Shown one piece after another: positions 24,101 through 36,675 of a stretch of DNA of 64,000 nucleotides (its first letter is position 1; each line of letters begins with the position of its first letter). The notes beneath the pieces are model-generated. The model was not told where the DNA came from. It saw only the letters and a program-made list of their open reading frames with translations, and made no database searches. A program made the translations under genes and the position numbers. Source of the DNA: Catajapyx aquilonaris (lineage: Eukaryota); NCBI GenBank assembly GCA_000934665.2, contig JYFJ02001221.1, forward strand, positions 1 through 64,000, read 5' to 3'.

Positions 24101-27100
24101 TGTTTAAAGTTTCTGTTTTATTGAAAGCTGAAGGTAAACTCTGCCTACGTTCACAACAAAGACCACATACTCATTATTAATCCACTTGGCGACTGCTTTT
24201 ACATGTATGCTTGAATTTTACACAGTGGGGCTGTTTTAAATCTTATGTTAACATACGAGCAAATAAAAATTAGCAACTAAATGTTTAAAGGCAGGTTGAA
24301 GAGAACTAATGCCTGACTGACCATGAATGACCTGGTGCTTCTGGCATCTCCTTTCATGGTCCCAGAGGCAATTGGGCTCAGCACTGCAGGCATCACAGTT
24401 GTGCAGCAACTGGCAGTTGGTGGGCTGATTCACCTCACAGTTGTCCAGCTCAGTCACAGCCTACACCCACCAACCAAACCTGTCATTATCAATTCTCTCA
24501 GCACAACTGTATGCGACACCCACCTTGACCTTGTAGCCATTCTTGCATTTGTTGTGAGAACAGGTGGAACCACACCAGACGCATTGAAAAGAAGTCTGTA
24601 CACATGCAGCACAGGTAGTGAAGATTGGACAGTGTGAACTGAGGTTGGTGTGTGCAGCAATGGCCTCCTCGCTGCACCTATCGTATCCTTCCCTCAATGC
24701 TCCCTGGATGGCTTCACATCGCTGGGAGGATCTGTTCCACACACACTTTGTGCCTGGGCGAGTATGCAGACATGTGCGGTTTGTTGTGAAGCTCTCACAT
24801 CCACTTGGAGTGTACCTACAGCAAATCATTTCACAGTGTGTAGATCAACTTCTACAAGAACATAACAAATAAGAGCAAATCCTGTAAACAGACCTAAGCA
24901 GATCAGGCAGCATCTGCCCATTGAATCCGCCATAGAGGTACATGGATCCGCCATATGTGACAGCCGAGTGTCCAAACCTGGCCAGATCAGCATTGAGCTC
25001 AGATCCCAATGGGAGGTGCAAGGGACTCCAGGAGTCACAAGAAATATCATAGGCAAGAAAGTCAGAGGAGAAACATCTAGCACCCTGGCTGTATATGGTG
25101 TCATTGTGAGTGTTCCCACCAAACACTACCATCAGACCTCGTAGTACTACTGCTGTGTGTAGAAATCGGTACGACGGGGCCTCCACTAAGAGTCGCCTGG
25201 AAAGAGCAAATTCACATCTGTTACACAACTTACAAACAAGTTGGGGTTAATTTATGTACATTGTGACTGTCAGATGCATAAATGAAACCTCACTACAAAC
25301 TCTACATTGACAGCAAATAGTATCTTATCCTTAAGCTGAATCATAACCAACTCTCACCATATACGGGCCCACGGCTCATATGAGTACAGCTGATTTGAGA
25401 GGGCAGCATTAGGAACACTCTCCGAAACATATCCTCCATAGACATATATCTTTTTAGTCATGGGGTCCCAGGCACTGCTGTGGCCATATCCTCCCTTCAC
25501 AGGGTACCCTTTGGTGTCCACTACACTCCACTCCCGTGTCCCAAAGTAGTATTCCTGAACTGTGTTCAGATAACCATAGATTGGTGAATGACCAAATATC
25601 ACCACCATCTTCTCCGTCCGCTTGTTGCCCTTATCTGCGATAACCGTTGCTGTGTGTCCCGCTGAATGAAGAGGACCTGTACCAATCAAAATACAGAAAT
25701 TAGCCATTGGTATATTTGAACAACACACACACACAGACCAGCATGATTAAATAGTTTTGCATTAAAAAGTAATTACGACAATAACTAGCAGGGTTACGTT
25801 ACACTTCATGAAAGAATGTCCCTAGAGTAGAGATGAAATTATTGACAATCCTACTGGCCTGTACAGCATTCCAAATATTGGATGCTGAATATAGTACCAG
25901 TCATTAAGCCATAATCTTTCTCTATTACTAATGAGACAAATGTGCTCCTCTTACCACAAAGGTCTCCTTTGCATGTCCCATTCTTCACCTGGATGCGCTC
26001 CCATTCCTGGGTGCTGATGTCAAATGCATAGAGCATGTTAGTTACACTCCCTGCTTCTGTCTTCCCCCCATACATGTAGATCTTATCTCCATAAATCACA
26101 GTTGTGTGCCCATATCTCTTGCGAGGCTTCCAGTCATTAACTGAATGAACTGCTTCCCATACATTCCCTGCAAATAGAAGTTGGTAGATATTTCAAAACT
26201 TGAATTATGAAGCTGCATATAATTATTATGAACTGCATTTAAGGCAATTAACCATACATTTTATAAATGTCAAAACAGAGTTGCGTAACTACATTATGCT
26301 TGCAACTTAACTTATTGTCTTAATCTTGGCAATTAGAGGTGCTAAAATTAGCTTTCTACTCACCATTAAAGTCATACTTGATGACCATTTCTCTCTCTCT
26401 GTACAATTCCCCACCCACAACCCAGAGAGAGTCACCTTGGACCACAGCTCCATGGGATGCAGAGCCATTAGGTACAAAACTCTGAGGATGCACTGCTTCC
26501 CAGTAGCCCAAGTCTGCAACTTGACTGCAGTCATCACCTAAAAATGCATTAATTCATCATCGTTATTCTGGCAATCACTATTACAAAATATCATAAACAA
26601 TAGTACTGGAATCTTACAAATAGCATTTACACACTGGAAGTGCCAAACTTCCAGTATAAACACATTCCTGCAGTGTTTTTATTATGCCCCTATTATTTCT
26701 CATTGGTTCTTTTAAGTGGAAAAAAGTCACTTGATCTGCAATACTTTTCAAATAAAAAAATTACAACATGCAGTGTTTTAATTATATATTTTGAAGACTA
26801 TTTCCGGATTGACCTGCATGCTCCACATACGAGTTGAGAAATATTACCTAAATATTCCTCACAGAAAACTTACTCACTATGTGAATTCTCTGTAAATAAA
26901 GGAATGCTTAATGCCTCTTTTTGACTCTTCGCTGCACAATGGCATAAGAAACTTCCACCAATGAGAGTTGGTATTGCTGTTGCCATGCTCATTTGACATG
27001 TAAAATACAAAGATATTCCCTTTATGCAACAGAATGAGGAAGCCAAGTGACCTCAATAGTCATTGGTGGAACCCCTGGCATTTCAAGGTGCTTGACCGCT

Positions 27101-30004
27101 ATACCCCATGGAAGTGACGCTGGGCCAGAACAAAGTTTAGAAGCCCCCGGTACAGTCTCCTTAATTACTCCTGTCTAATATCCACTACCAAGTCAATGCT
27201 CACATCATCATGTATATGTTGAGAATGTTAGTTTAACTGTGAGAGCATTTGTACATTGCAAAGCAAGAATTTGCTACCAACCTTTGTAACCTTCCCGGCA
27301 CTCACACTGGTGCTGTTCCCTGTTGCACTCTCCATTTCCACTGCAGTTCTTTGGGCAGATCTCTGTATCACATGCAGGTCCTGTGTAACCAGCACTACAC
27401 GTACAGACCCCATCAATGCAGACCCCATTTCCAGAGCAGTTGACTGCAGAATATCGGCTAGGGCATGAATTGATCCGGTAGGAGATGTTGAATCCAGTCA
27501 TGTTATAGGCCATGTCACTGTAGAAATGAAGCAGTGCATAGCCAGAATGAGCAACAATCTCTGGAACACGCCGTATGCGGTAGGAGTTGTGCACCATAAG
27601 TCCACTGCAAAAAAAATAAAAGTTGACATTATGTTCCAGACCTGTATGACATGACAAATCACATTCAACATGCTTCTTTAAGGCAGTAATAATTTTCAAA
27701 CAGGAATGACATAACTACAGTACATAATGTAAAAATTCTGGGTGTCCTACAAATACTTGTGGGAGAGTTTTTGCTAGCATTCTTCATTATGCTCATCAAC
27801 TGGACTTATAATCTACATGCTGGTCCAACAGTATGTCTCATTTAAAGCCTTCCAGCTCAAATACTGCAGTCAAAAAAGGTATTCAATTTGTAAGGCAGCG
27901 TATGAATAACACAACCTCAGCGGTATTCTTTTACCTAAACACGGCGAGCAGTGGGGAGTAAATGCTGTCACCATCATAAATATACAGGTGATCCCAGCCA
28001 CATTCAGTGGCAAATTCCTCCAGATGCAACCAGATGGTGGACCCTGGGGTACCTGAATCCACCAGCCAAGTGCAGCGAAGGTTAATGGAGTAGTTGCCTG
28101 CCCCATCTGTTATGTACCCTGACGGCTCTGTTAGCCTGGAAGTGAAAATACAACACATTGGCACTGTGAACATCATTTAAACCGACAACTGAAACAACCA
28201 TACATTACACCATAACTCCTGTTAATGAGATGAAAATATGACGCCATGAGAAATGACATCAGAAACGGTAATTAGTGCCGTTAGTGCAAACTTTACTGGT
28301 ATAGTTACACGTCAGTCATGTCAACATGGCTTCATTAAACCCTTTCTGCTGAAGGTTAGAAAAAAATGGCAGCACAGGAAGGGACAATGACTTGGATGGT
28401 ATGAGACTGGTTGCAAAAAGGCTGCTTGCTCAATGTGACTGACAGTGCCACAGTTATCATTCCATTGTCAGGAAGTAGACTACCAGTCACCTTGTTTTGT
28501 CTAGTTCATGTCTATGGGCTGGGTGCATGATCAATGGCAAATCCAGAAAAAGCTGCAATTTCACCATCATTCATGTTGGATGATTTACTTCCTGTATATC
28601 CCATCGATCACACAACTGGCCGTAACAAAGCAATAACAACCAAATCTTCATTTTACAAACATCATGAAAAATATCAATGCTTACTTCAACTGTCAAATAT
28701 TTAATGCCATTACCACCAAAATTCCTATGGCTGTGCCCATCTTTCTACTTGAAGTTTACATGCCTCACACCTCCAAAACATACACTAGGTCTGAGTCAAC
28801 CAGATCATGCAAAATCTTCACACACAACCCACTGCAGTAGTACAAAATTTCAGCTCCCTTCCCATACCCCACTTGCCACAGGGAATGTGTGAATTGGCCT
28901 TAATACTCATGATCTGACCCTTTTCAAGAGTTAAGTTAAATAATGACAGCAGCCATTATCAAACCAATTAGTGACAGTATATTTATTCAGGCATACGTTC
29001 AAACTTCATGCATCGGACCACTGCACCCGAGGATTAATATGTATTGGTCTTCAGGAGGGTAAGCACTTGATGCATATTATTTTGCATGTTCTTTATCACT
29101 GACTGCCCCATACAGGGACAAACCATGAATGAATGAATGAACACTGAGGTACGAATTGGAGTAGGTGTCAGCAATGCTCATGGGCTTTCTTGCCAAAAGG
29201 GAGGCATCAAATACAGGCTATCATTATGTGATTTATAGTAGTCAAGTGTTTCACAATACATAATTGCTATTGTTGGTAGTGATAGCACGACTTGAAACTG
29301 GGCGATACAATTATTTAATAATTATTTTCCATGGCTAGAAACTTAACACTGGTCCCTGGAGATTCAAGTGCTGCGGCATCTTGTGTGGAAGCGGACACAA
29401 TGATGAGAGCAGCAAGCCATTTCTCATGGTGGCACGAGCAACATGTGCGCGACCAGGGTCAGTCGACTACCCTCCTGGTGACACTACGCTTAATTCGTCG
29501 TAACAGATCTGGCACGCATCTGGTATACCAAGAGCGGTGGCACCATACTGACCGTATCTTCCCCCCGCAGAACTGGCAGTCGGGTCCCTGCCACCCGTCG
29601 AGGCAAACGCAGGTCCCGTTGAGACAATGTCCGTGCACGCACTGTGCCTCTGAGCACCTGTCCGCAGGGGAAGAGGCGGACACGGATCCCGCCGCGTCCA
29701 CCCCCCCGCAGGAGCCCAGGGCCTGGAGGAGGAGCAGCAGGGCGCAGCAGAGGAGCACCATCCGGCCCCGGGCAGCAGCAGAATCAGCGGGACCAACCCC
29801 GTCGCCTCTTCTTCGTCTGCAGCAACTCCTCTTGTCGGGCGGTGGTGGTGGTGGTGGCAGCAGCAGCAGGACATGGTGCTGGCCCCCGTCCTCGCCCCCG
29901 ACTAGCTGTCCTCCTCCTCCTCCTGGTCCTGGTCCTTCCCTGACCTTCCGCCGCCGGTACTTGGACTTAAATAGGAATAAAAACATCTGTAAATCAGCTG
30001 CCAT
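21136..30004 (-). CDS. ATRN: Attractin / attractin-like (Drosophila distracted), 16 exons, about 1374 aa
   Basis: Exons 30004-29553, 28135-27935, 27604-27282, 26537-26364, 26167-25955, 25676-25358, 25196-24894, 24815-24524, 24460-24322, 23995-23507, 23411-23268, 23208-23059, 22861-22489, 22334-22031, 21748-21634, 21269-21136, all in phase. Domains: EGF, CUB (FATECGWDHLYIYDGDS), Kelch, PSI, laminin-EGF, TM, and cytoplasmic MASRPF and PIALEPC motifs. Confidence 0.95.
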
Positions 30005-30491
30005 CTTGAGACCATCTTTACTGCGGGTGGAACCCGATGGAATGATTCTCCTCTCTTTCTCTCTCTCCCTTTCCCCCCCTTCCTCCTCTTCTAGGATGAG
30101 AGGGGGAGGGGTGGGTAAAAGGGGGAGGGGCCAGCGTGACGTAGGTACCCAGGGTGCAATGCGCCAGGGGACAAATGAAGAGCGGGGTGATGTCACACGG
30201 TGGTACGGTGCTCCAGTAACGCCTCTTCTTGATTGGCCGAGTTTGAGGACATGGGAAGGGGGCAATGTTGGCAACAGGGACATGTGCGTGTGGCTGGAGA
30301 GGCCTGGAGTCTGCTGCTGGAGGGATGCTGGACCGGCTGGAAATTATCGCGTGTCATGGGTTTTTTGATGGTTAGAAAAAAGAGGTTGTGTGTACCATGT
30401 GGGCTTATTGATCGATGGTAGCTTATTAGAGGAATGTTTAAACTCTGGTAGTTTGATCAATGATGGTCAGTGGTGCAGTGTTTGTTTTGAA

Positions 30492-33400
30492 ATGGATGTG
30501 TTTGATGTGGAGTATGTGAGTCTCAAGAGATTTAAGGTACGTGAGGCGTGTGGTGTACAATGTGTCACACTGTAGCAGCCTGAATAATTAAACTACCAAA
30601 TTGCTGATTTAAAGACTGTGTAATTGCCTTGCCTTAATTCATTCATATTGAATCATGACAGGCATTTTGATATTGCAGAATTCAGATATCTTGGTGAAAG
30701 TGACACCATCTCTGATTTAGGATCCATCTCTACTCTAAGAACAGTAATAACTTACATGATCGCAGAATTTATTATTTCCAAGATAGTAATAGTATAATAG
30801 TTCTGTGCTGGTGCCTTGCCAGAATTTAATTCACACGTTTAATTACAGAGAGAGATTGTAAGTCTCCTGATAATCGAAGCCAAAATCGACTTTGCATATG
30901 TGGCAGTGGAGAGGTATGGAAATGTGGAAGTTTATGATGAAAACTTTACCTTTCGGTTCGGATACAACCTTCAACTTGATCGTGATTCTGCCAACTCCGT
31001 CCTTAAGAGTCGCCTGAGAAGAATTAGTCCCCACTGGGTCACTGATGCAGTACATGATGCAAAGCTCAAAACCCTAGTGTATTCCACTTCCAGCAGGTAG
31101 GTCCTTTTTTCTCTTCAAAATATGACCTCTTATTTGTAATGAAATTTTCAAGGGAGAAATATTTAGTTGCAAAAAGGCATTAACACTAACCAAAATGCAA
31201 AGTGAGGCACCTACTTCAAAAAAAGGAAAGTATATTAGGTTGAGAATTAAATTAAATTTAATTAAAAGTACTTAATTGAGTATGAACTAGTCAGCAGTCA
31301 TTTAAATGAAATATGGTACTTTAAGCATACATGTGTTGCCTCACCATTCAGAAGCAGTTTATTTTACATTTTCTTTGCTCTCTATAGGTGCCTGCATTTT
31401 TATCTGACTGCTCCAGAGGTTCATGTGGAGACCTTCACAGTGGCATATCTTCCAGAGATCCCAACTCGCCTAGCATTTTCTCGCTGCCAAGAAATTGAGC
31501 GAGACCCAGATGTTTCTAGTGAAAAAGAATTCACCTGCCGCCTCTTTATTGGACAGGAAAATGGAGACATTATGTTCTTCACTTTCAAGAAGGCTACCAA
31601 AAGTCTTTTCAAGTCAAAAATAGAATCTAAGGACAAGCCCAAGTATCGCTTGCAATGGAGGGTAGGTTGCAGTAAAGAGAGAGATTGGTAGTATTGGATA
31701 TCACTAATTGCTCTATTTGGACAGGGAAGGTAACTTAAGTGGGCTTTACACAGTCGTTCCTACTCCAACTTCGGCCGGATTCGAACATCGAACCTACTGT
31801 GTAAATGGCATTCCGTGTTGGAGCCAGGGAGGCCAGCTCAGGTCACCTGGGCAGATCGGAGACAGGAGAGTGGACGGGGGAAGACGTCGGATTGACTGTG
31901 AATCACTGTTCTACTCATCCCGGCTCTCTGATTGGCTATAGTGAGGTCTTCTAATCGAACTCGTTGCCCACACCCCCTCCACCTCCACCTTTTTTTTAGT
32001 AAACAAACTTTACCCCACCCTCCACCCCCCTCCACAAAAACGTGNCCTCCACAAAAATGTGTCCCCCCACCCTCGAACATGGAACATTGGACACCGGACA
32101 TCGAACAGCAGACCTCTGTCTGAATAGGGTGTCCGATGCCTCCGAGTAGGAGAGGTGGAGTCGGATCGACTGTGTAGAGCCCACTTTACCCATTGGGCAA
32201 CTTGTTATTTAATATTGTAACATTTTAGTTTCATTACCATGGTAGTTACCCATTGGTATGTTATTACTTTCACAGGCCATGGCCTATTTTTTTTGGCGAG
32301 TGAGCGTAGTGATAAGTGCACTGTACTTCAGGCTATTATTGAGGATAATTAATGCATCGGTGTCACTGAATAATCAGCAAACATGGATAATCCACAAATG
32401 GTCCTAAACACCACACAAATGAGCTATTCACATGTTTTTAATGTACTACTGCGCATAGTGTATGCTCAGCTGCCTTATATTAGGTTTAATCAAAATATTA
32501 AAACTTATCACAGATTTTTAGTTTGTCTTCTAGAAAAAGTCTGTCATATTTCTTTGTGAGACATGTTGCCATTTTTTCGGACTATTTTTATTATAATACC
32601 TGGATAATCAGGAGTGCAGTCAAGAGCTATAATGCAAGGGATAGGGCACTTGGAGGCTCTCAGTTATTAGCTCCTGGTACTGTGTACTCCATGATCATTA
32701 CATGCCACATGGCACTCTATGTGATGCCATTAAACAAAAAATTTCTTCCTTTTTCTGCAGGAGTTGTTTCAACCTGAGCAATATGAATTTGTCAAGGTGA
32801 CAAAATTGAAGAGAAGTGCACATGACATCTCACCTGTTATGCAGATGACCTTTTATTATGCACACAATGTTTTGGTTGCCTCAAGCCGAAGCAGAGCAAG
32901 ATCAATAACCAAATACCACTTTGGCATCCGTGGATTGAAATATGTCTTTCCTTCGTCTTGGGTATGTACTGTTAAATCACAGGGTAATCAGTAGCACCAA
33001 ACATTTCTCCATAAAGGCCCATTCACACAGGCCGTCGACGGTTTTGGTTTTGGTTTTGGTTTTGGACCAATCAGAGCGGGCCCTCACGGTAACTATGACG
33101 CGTTGTTTACGTGTGGGCCCGTTCTGATTGGTCCGCGGCGTCGACGAGACCAAAAACCATAACCGTCAACGGCCTGTGTGAATGGGCCTTAACTCAGAGA
33201 TGGAAACAGGAACGAGGGATGTGTGAGGGAGCTAGGATTGAATGAAACAGGAGATGTGAAATAATTTATTTTTAACTGTCCATTTGGGATGATGTTTGTT
33301 GCAGACTCATATGGAACTTATACTGTACTTTCAGGCAGTTTGCCAATAGGGGAAGTGTCAGCTGTGCAAAGATGGCGATGCCCCTTCTGGCATGCAAAGG

Positions 33401-36375
33401 AGGAGCAGAGACCTGTTATTCGGTTTTGGGTATAGAACAGACAAATCCCATTGAAAAACAAAACCAATTGTCCTGCCAAACTCTCAATATTAACCACAGA
33501 TTATGCCTGCATATAATTATTCCTTTTACTTACACTCCAGAGAAAACACAAAAAAATAGTTCTCGTATACATACATTTGAGGTTATAAGAGCCTATTTGA
33601 AAATACAGTAATCATAATTATAATGGTACTATTTTGTTGCTTTCCAGGGTGTCACATGTTTTGACTTCAGAAAGGATCTTGATATGGTGGCCTCTGGAAA
33701 CACAAACTGTATTGTGCACCTCTGGAATTCTGTTGTCACTAAGAGACCAATGGCAACACTGTCAGGCCATTGTGCACCTTTGGTTGATGTGGCCTTTTGT
33801 GAAAATATACCAGTGCTACTCTCACTTGATGCCAAAGCGGTAATGTTTCCCAACTCAATCCTCATGTAATCTAAGAAAACATGCCGTATTTAGTTTAGCA
33901 GCACATTCACACAAATTAGACAATAATAGCAGTGTTGGGCAGGATCTAGATCAAATGATCTAGATCCTGGATCTAGATCCCAAACGCGTGATCTATGATC
34001 TGATCTAGGTACTTTTAATACGGAGTATCTGTACTTGTATCTAGATACTTTTTTCATGGGATCTATGATCTAAAGATCTGAATTTTCCAGATCATGTATT
34101 TTTTTCGAAATGTTCCTGATGCTCAAGTCATCTTCAAAAGATTATGTCAAGTCTAGGTAAAAAAGGGGACCGAAGATGTCAAAATTTGCAAGTTTATATT
34201 ATTTTTTAAGTCACTGAATGTATTTTAAAAAAAACTGTAGGCCTGGCCTATTAATTGGATAAGTTTGTGTTTTTCAATTATGCAAGTTCTCGTGTATTAT
34301 GTAATTCATACTGGTCAAATATTATTTTGACAAGTATGAATTACATAATACACGGGTGTGTGAAATTATTCTGTGTACTTATTATAATATTTTCAATTGC
34401 AAGGTCATTATTTTTGACACATTCATCAATGGATCTTTTCTCAGTGTTTTCTCTTGCAATTTAGCAATATGCCCCTGGGGCGGGTGGCAGACAATATTCA
34501 AATTCCCTGTGTCCCTCTTCACGTGAACTAAACTGCTAATAGACATAAATCACTTTAGGTTGTGTGATCTGAAATCTGATCTAGATCATACCTAGATCCT
34601 TTAGAATTGAGAGATCTGAACTGGGATCTAGGTACGAAAACGTTGAAGTATCTGGGATCTGATCTAGATACATTTTTGGGTGATCTTTCCCAACATAGAT
34701 GTACCAAACTAATTCAACGTGCTCTTTTGATTCAGGTCAAAAAAACATTAGCAAGTAAGGTAGTCAATGTGTAGGATGCCAATTTAGCTTGGCCCACTAA
34801 GATTTTTCATGCAAATGGTGCTTGATGGTGTGTACTAGAAAAATGAAAGCTTGTACTGCAAACCGGGGCTTCCGAGCTGAGATGTTGGGGTTAGAGTGCT
34901 GCAAATTTGCAATAATTTCTTCTTTCAGTTAGGTCTGGAAGTGGTTTGCTGAAAGTGTTGCACCTACATAGTGCATGACTTGAGTCTCATTCCTCCACAA
35001 CAAGAGTGCAGAGATACAAATGCCACATTTCATTATTGCAGGTACTGAAGTTGTGGTCCGTAGATGCTGAAACTTGCATTGAAACCGTGCAACTTGACTT
35101 TGCATCCCATTTACCTTTGGGAATGACACTAAAATTTGCTAATCCTGCATTAGTGTGGGATGTAATTCATCCAGGAAAAGTTCTGGTCACCTGTTGTAAC
35201 TGCATAGCTGTTGTCACAGGTTACTTTGGCCCTCCACCCCCCTTGCAGTCATGGACACCAAGTCCAAAGAGGCCTCTGAATCCATTTCCTAGCCTGGATC
35301 TCGACACAGCTGCTTCTACCTTCCTTTCGCATTCCTTCACGCTAGAAAAATCTCACCTATCTGAAAAAGTCATGGCTCAAGAAAACTCGCAGCTGGAGCA
35401 TGTGCTGACATCAAAGTTCTTCAGACTACCACATAAGAAAGATGTAAGCTATGGTTTGGGATGTAGTGAAATTGATATTCTCCATAAACTTCCGCAAAGT
35501 AGGGTTCCTGAACAAAGGGGGTCCTACAGCGTAGATAAAAATAAAACAAACTTTTAATAGAGAAAAAGAAAAGAAAGGGCCCTCAGAACCAAGAGGCTTT
35601 CATTACTAGTTATGCCATTGCATATAGGTTAAATTACTCAAAGGTCCACTAATTTCCTATTGTTCAATTCTGTAGTATTTACCCTAACTTTCTTCATGGA
35701 TATTGTGATGTCTCACATTCAGTGCAGTAGCCTGCTCTTCTCAGCAATTTTTGGAAGATCCTCCTCTTTTTTGTGCTGTCTTGTGCAAGAGAAGGGTGGT
35801 GGAGCAGAGATATTGTCACATTTTCAGGACTTACTGTCTGATTGACCTCATAATTGTCCATATTTTTGTGCTAGACAAGTCGTTATATTTGGTAGAAATG
35901 CAGAGAAAATCTGTCTCAATCTAGACTGCATGATTTTTCAGAAATAGGCAAATATATTATTTATATTCAGGGTTTGATTAGGCAGATTTCACGGTATTAA
36001 ATGAATGTGTGTGAGTGTGTGTGTAGACATTTCTTTCTCCTCACCCCTGTAAGCAATGCCTGATCTGCAAAAATCCGAATCTTACTAAGCACTAATTTGC
36101 TGCTTTCTTGCCAGAGCTTATTTCCATGCCCTAAGTCAAATGCGCCATTGATTCAGAAGAAAGTGGCAAGGAGAATGCCTGCCATGAGAGAAGCAGCAAT
36201 GGATGGGACACCCTACACTGCTCTTCCACTGATGCCAATGGAGACAATTACAATTCCTCATAATCTTCCTGTCTCTTCCCGGATGAAGCGGGACGGATAT
36301 CATATGAGGTCTGTCCATGAAGTTTTGTCTGTTCCTTTTCCATTGGATCCCCTTGACTGGTTTGACAAGTGCTAA
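30492..36375 (+). CDS. WD40-repeat protein, WDR49/WDY-like, about 540 aa
   Basis: Exons 30492-30536 (tentative), 30849-31096, 31388-31661, 32761-32961, 33648-33839, 35042-35443, 36115-36375, in phase. WD repeats GVTCFDF...VHLWN...LSGH...VLKLWS and a WVTDAV motif. Confidence 0.72.
31738..32185. mobile_element. PIF/Harbinger-like MITE with TTA target-site duplication
   Basis: TTA|AGTGGGCTTTACACAGTCG ... CGACTGTGTAGAGCCCACT|TTA. Confidence 0.85.
33015..33189. mobile_element. PIF/Harbinger-like MITE with TAA target-site duplication
   Basis: TAA|AGGCCCATTCACACAGGCCGT ... ACGGCCTGTGTGAATGGGCCT|TAA, plus an internal inverted repeat GGACCAATCAGA/TCTGATTGGTCC. Confidence 0.9.
33930..34698. mobile_element. 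hAT-like non-autonomous element with subterminal GATCT/GATCTAGAT arrays
   Basis: CAGTGTTGGG at the left end and a degenerate CCCAACATAG at the right end; dense GATCT repeats at 33944-34095 and 34566-34686; no 8 bp TSD seen. Confidence 0.6.
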
Positions 36376-36675
36376 GTTAGGTGCCTTTATAACTGCTTAC
36401 ACAATCCCAGAGGTTGTGGTGTTGTCCTTTGAAGGGTACACGTCTTTGTTGAAAAATTTCAAAATGTGTAGGCTATTAAAAGTTGTTTTTTTAAACTACA
36501 CGAAATGATGACTGGCTGCAGGTATACCAGAGAACAATGTTTCATTCCATGTTAAGCAGTTTTAAATACTTTTGCTGGTAAGATTATTGAGGTGATTGCT
36601 GTAGCATTGCATAATTTCACCAGTAGCAGGTGAATTTTATTGAAGGAGTGAACACATTGGCAAAACCTCTGATAA

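Noticed and set aside
30005..30283. Longer attractin N-terminus from the ORF track
   Set aside because: Purine/pyrimidine-tract promoter/UTR-like sequence; ATG 30004 in AAGATGGC context is the more plausible start.
29331..30368. 345 aa plus-strand ORF
   Set aside because: Antisense shadow of GC-rich attractin exon 1; low complexity and no domain.
31777..31790. B-box-like GGATTCGAAC (minus-strand tRNA or SINE)
   Set aside because: It lies inside a TIR/TTA-bounded MITE and no matching A box was found.
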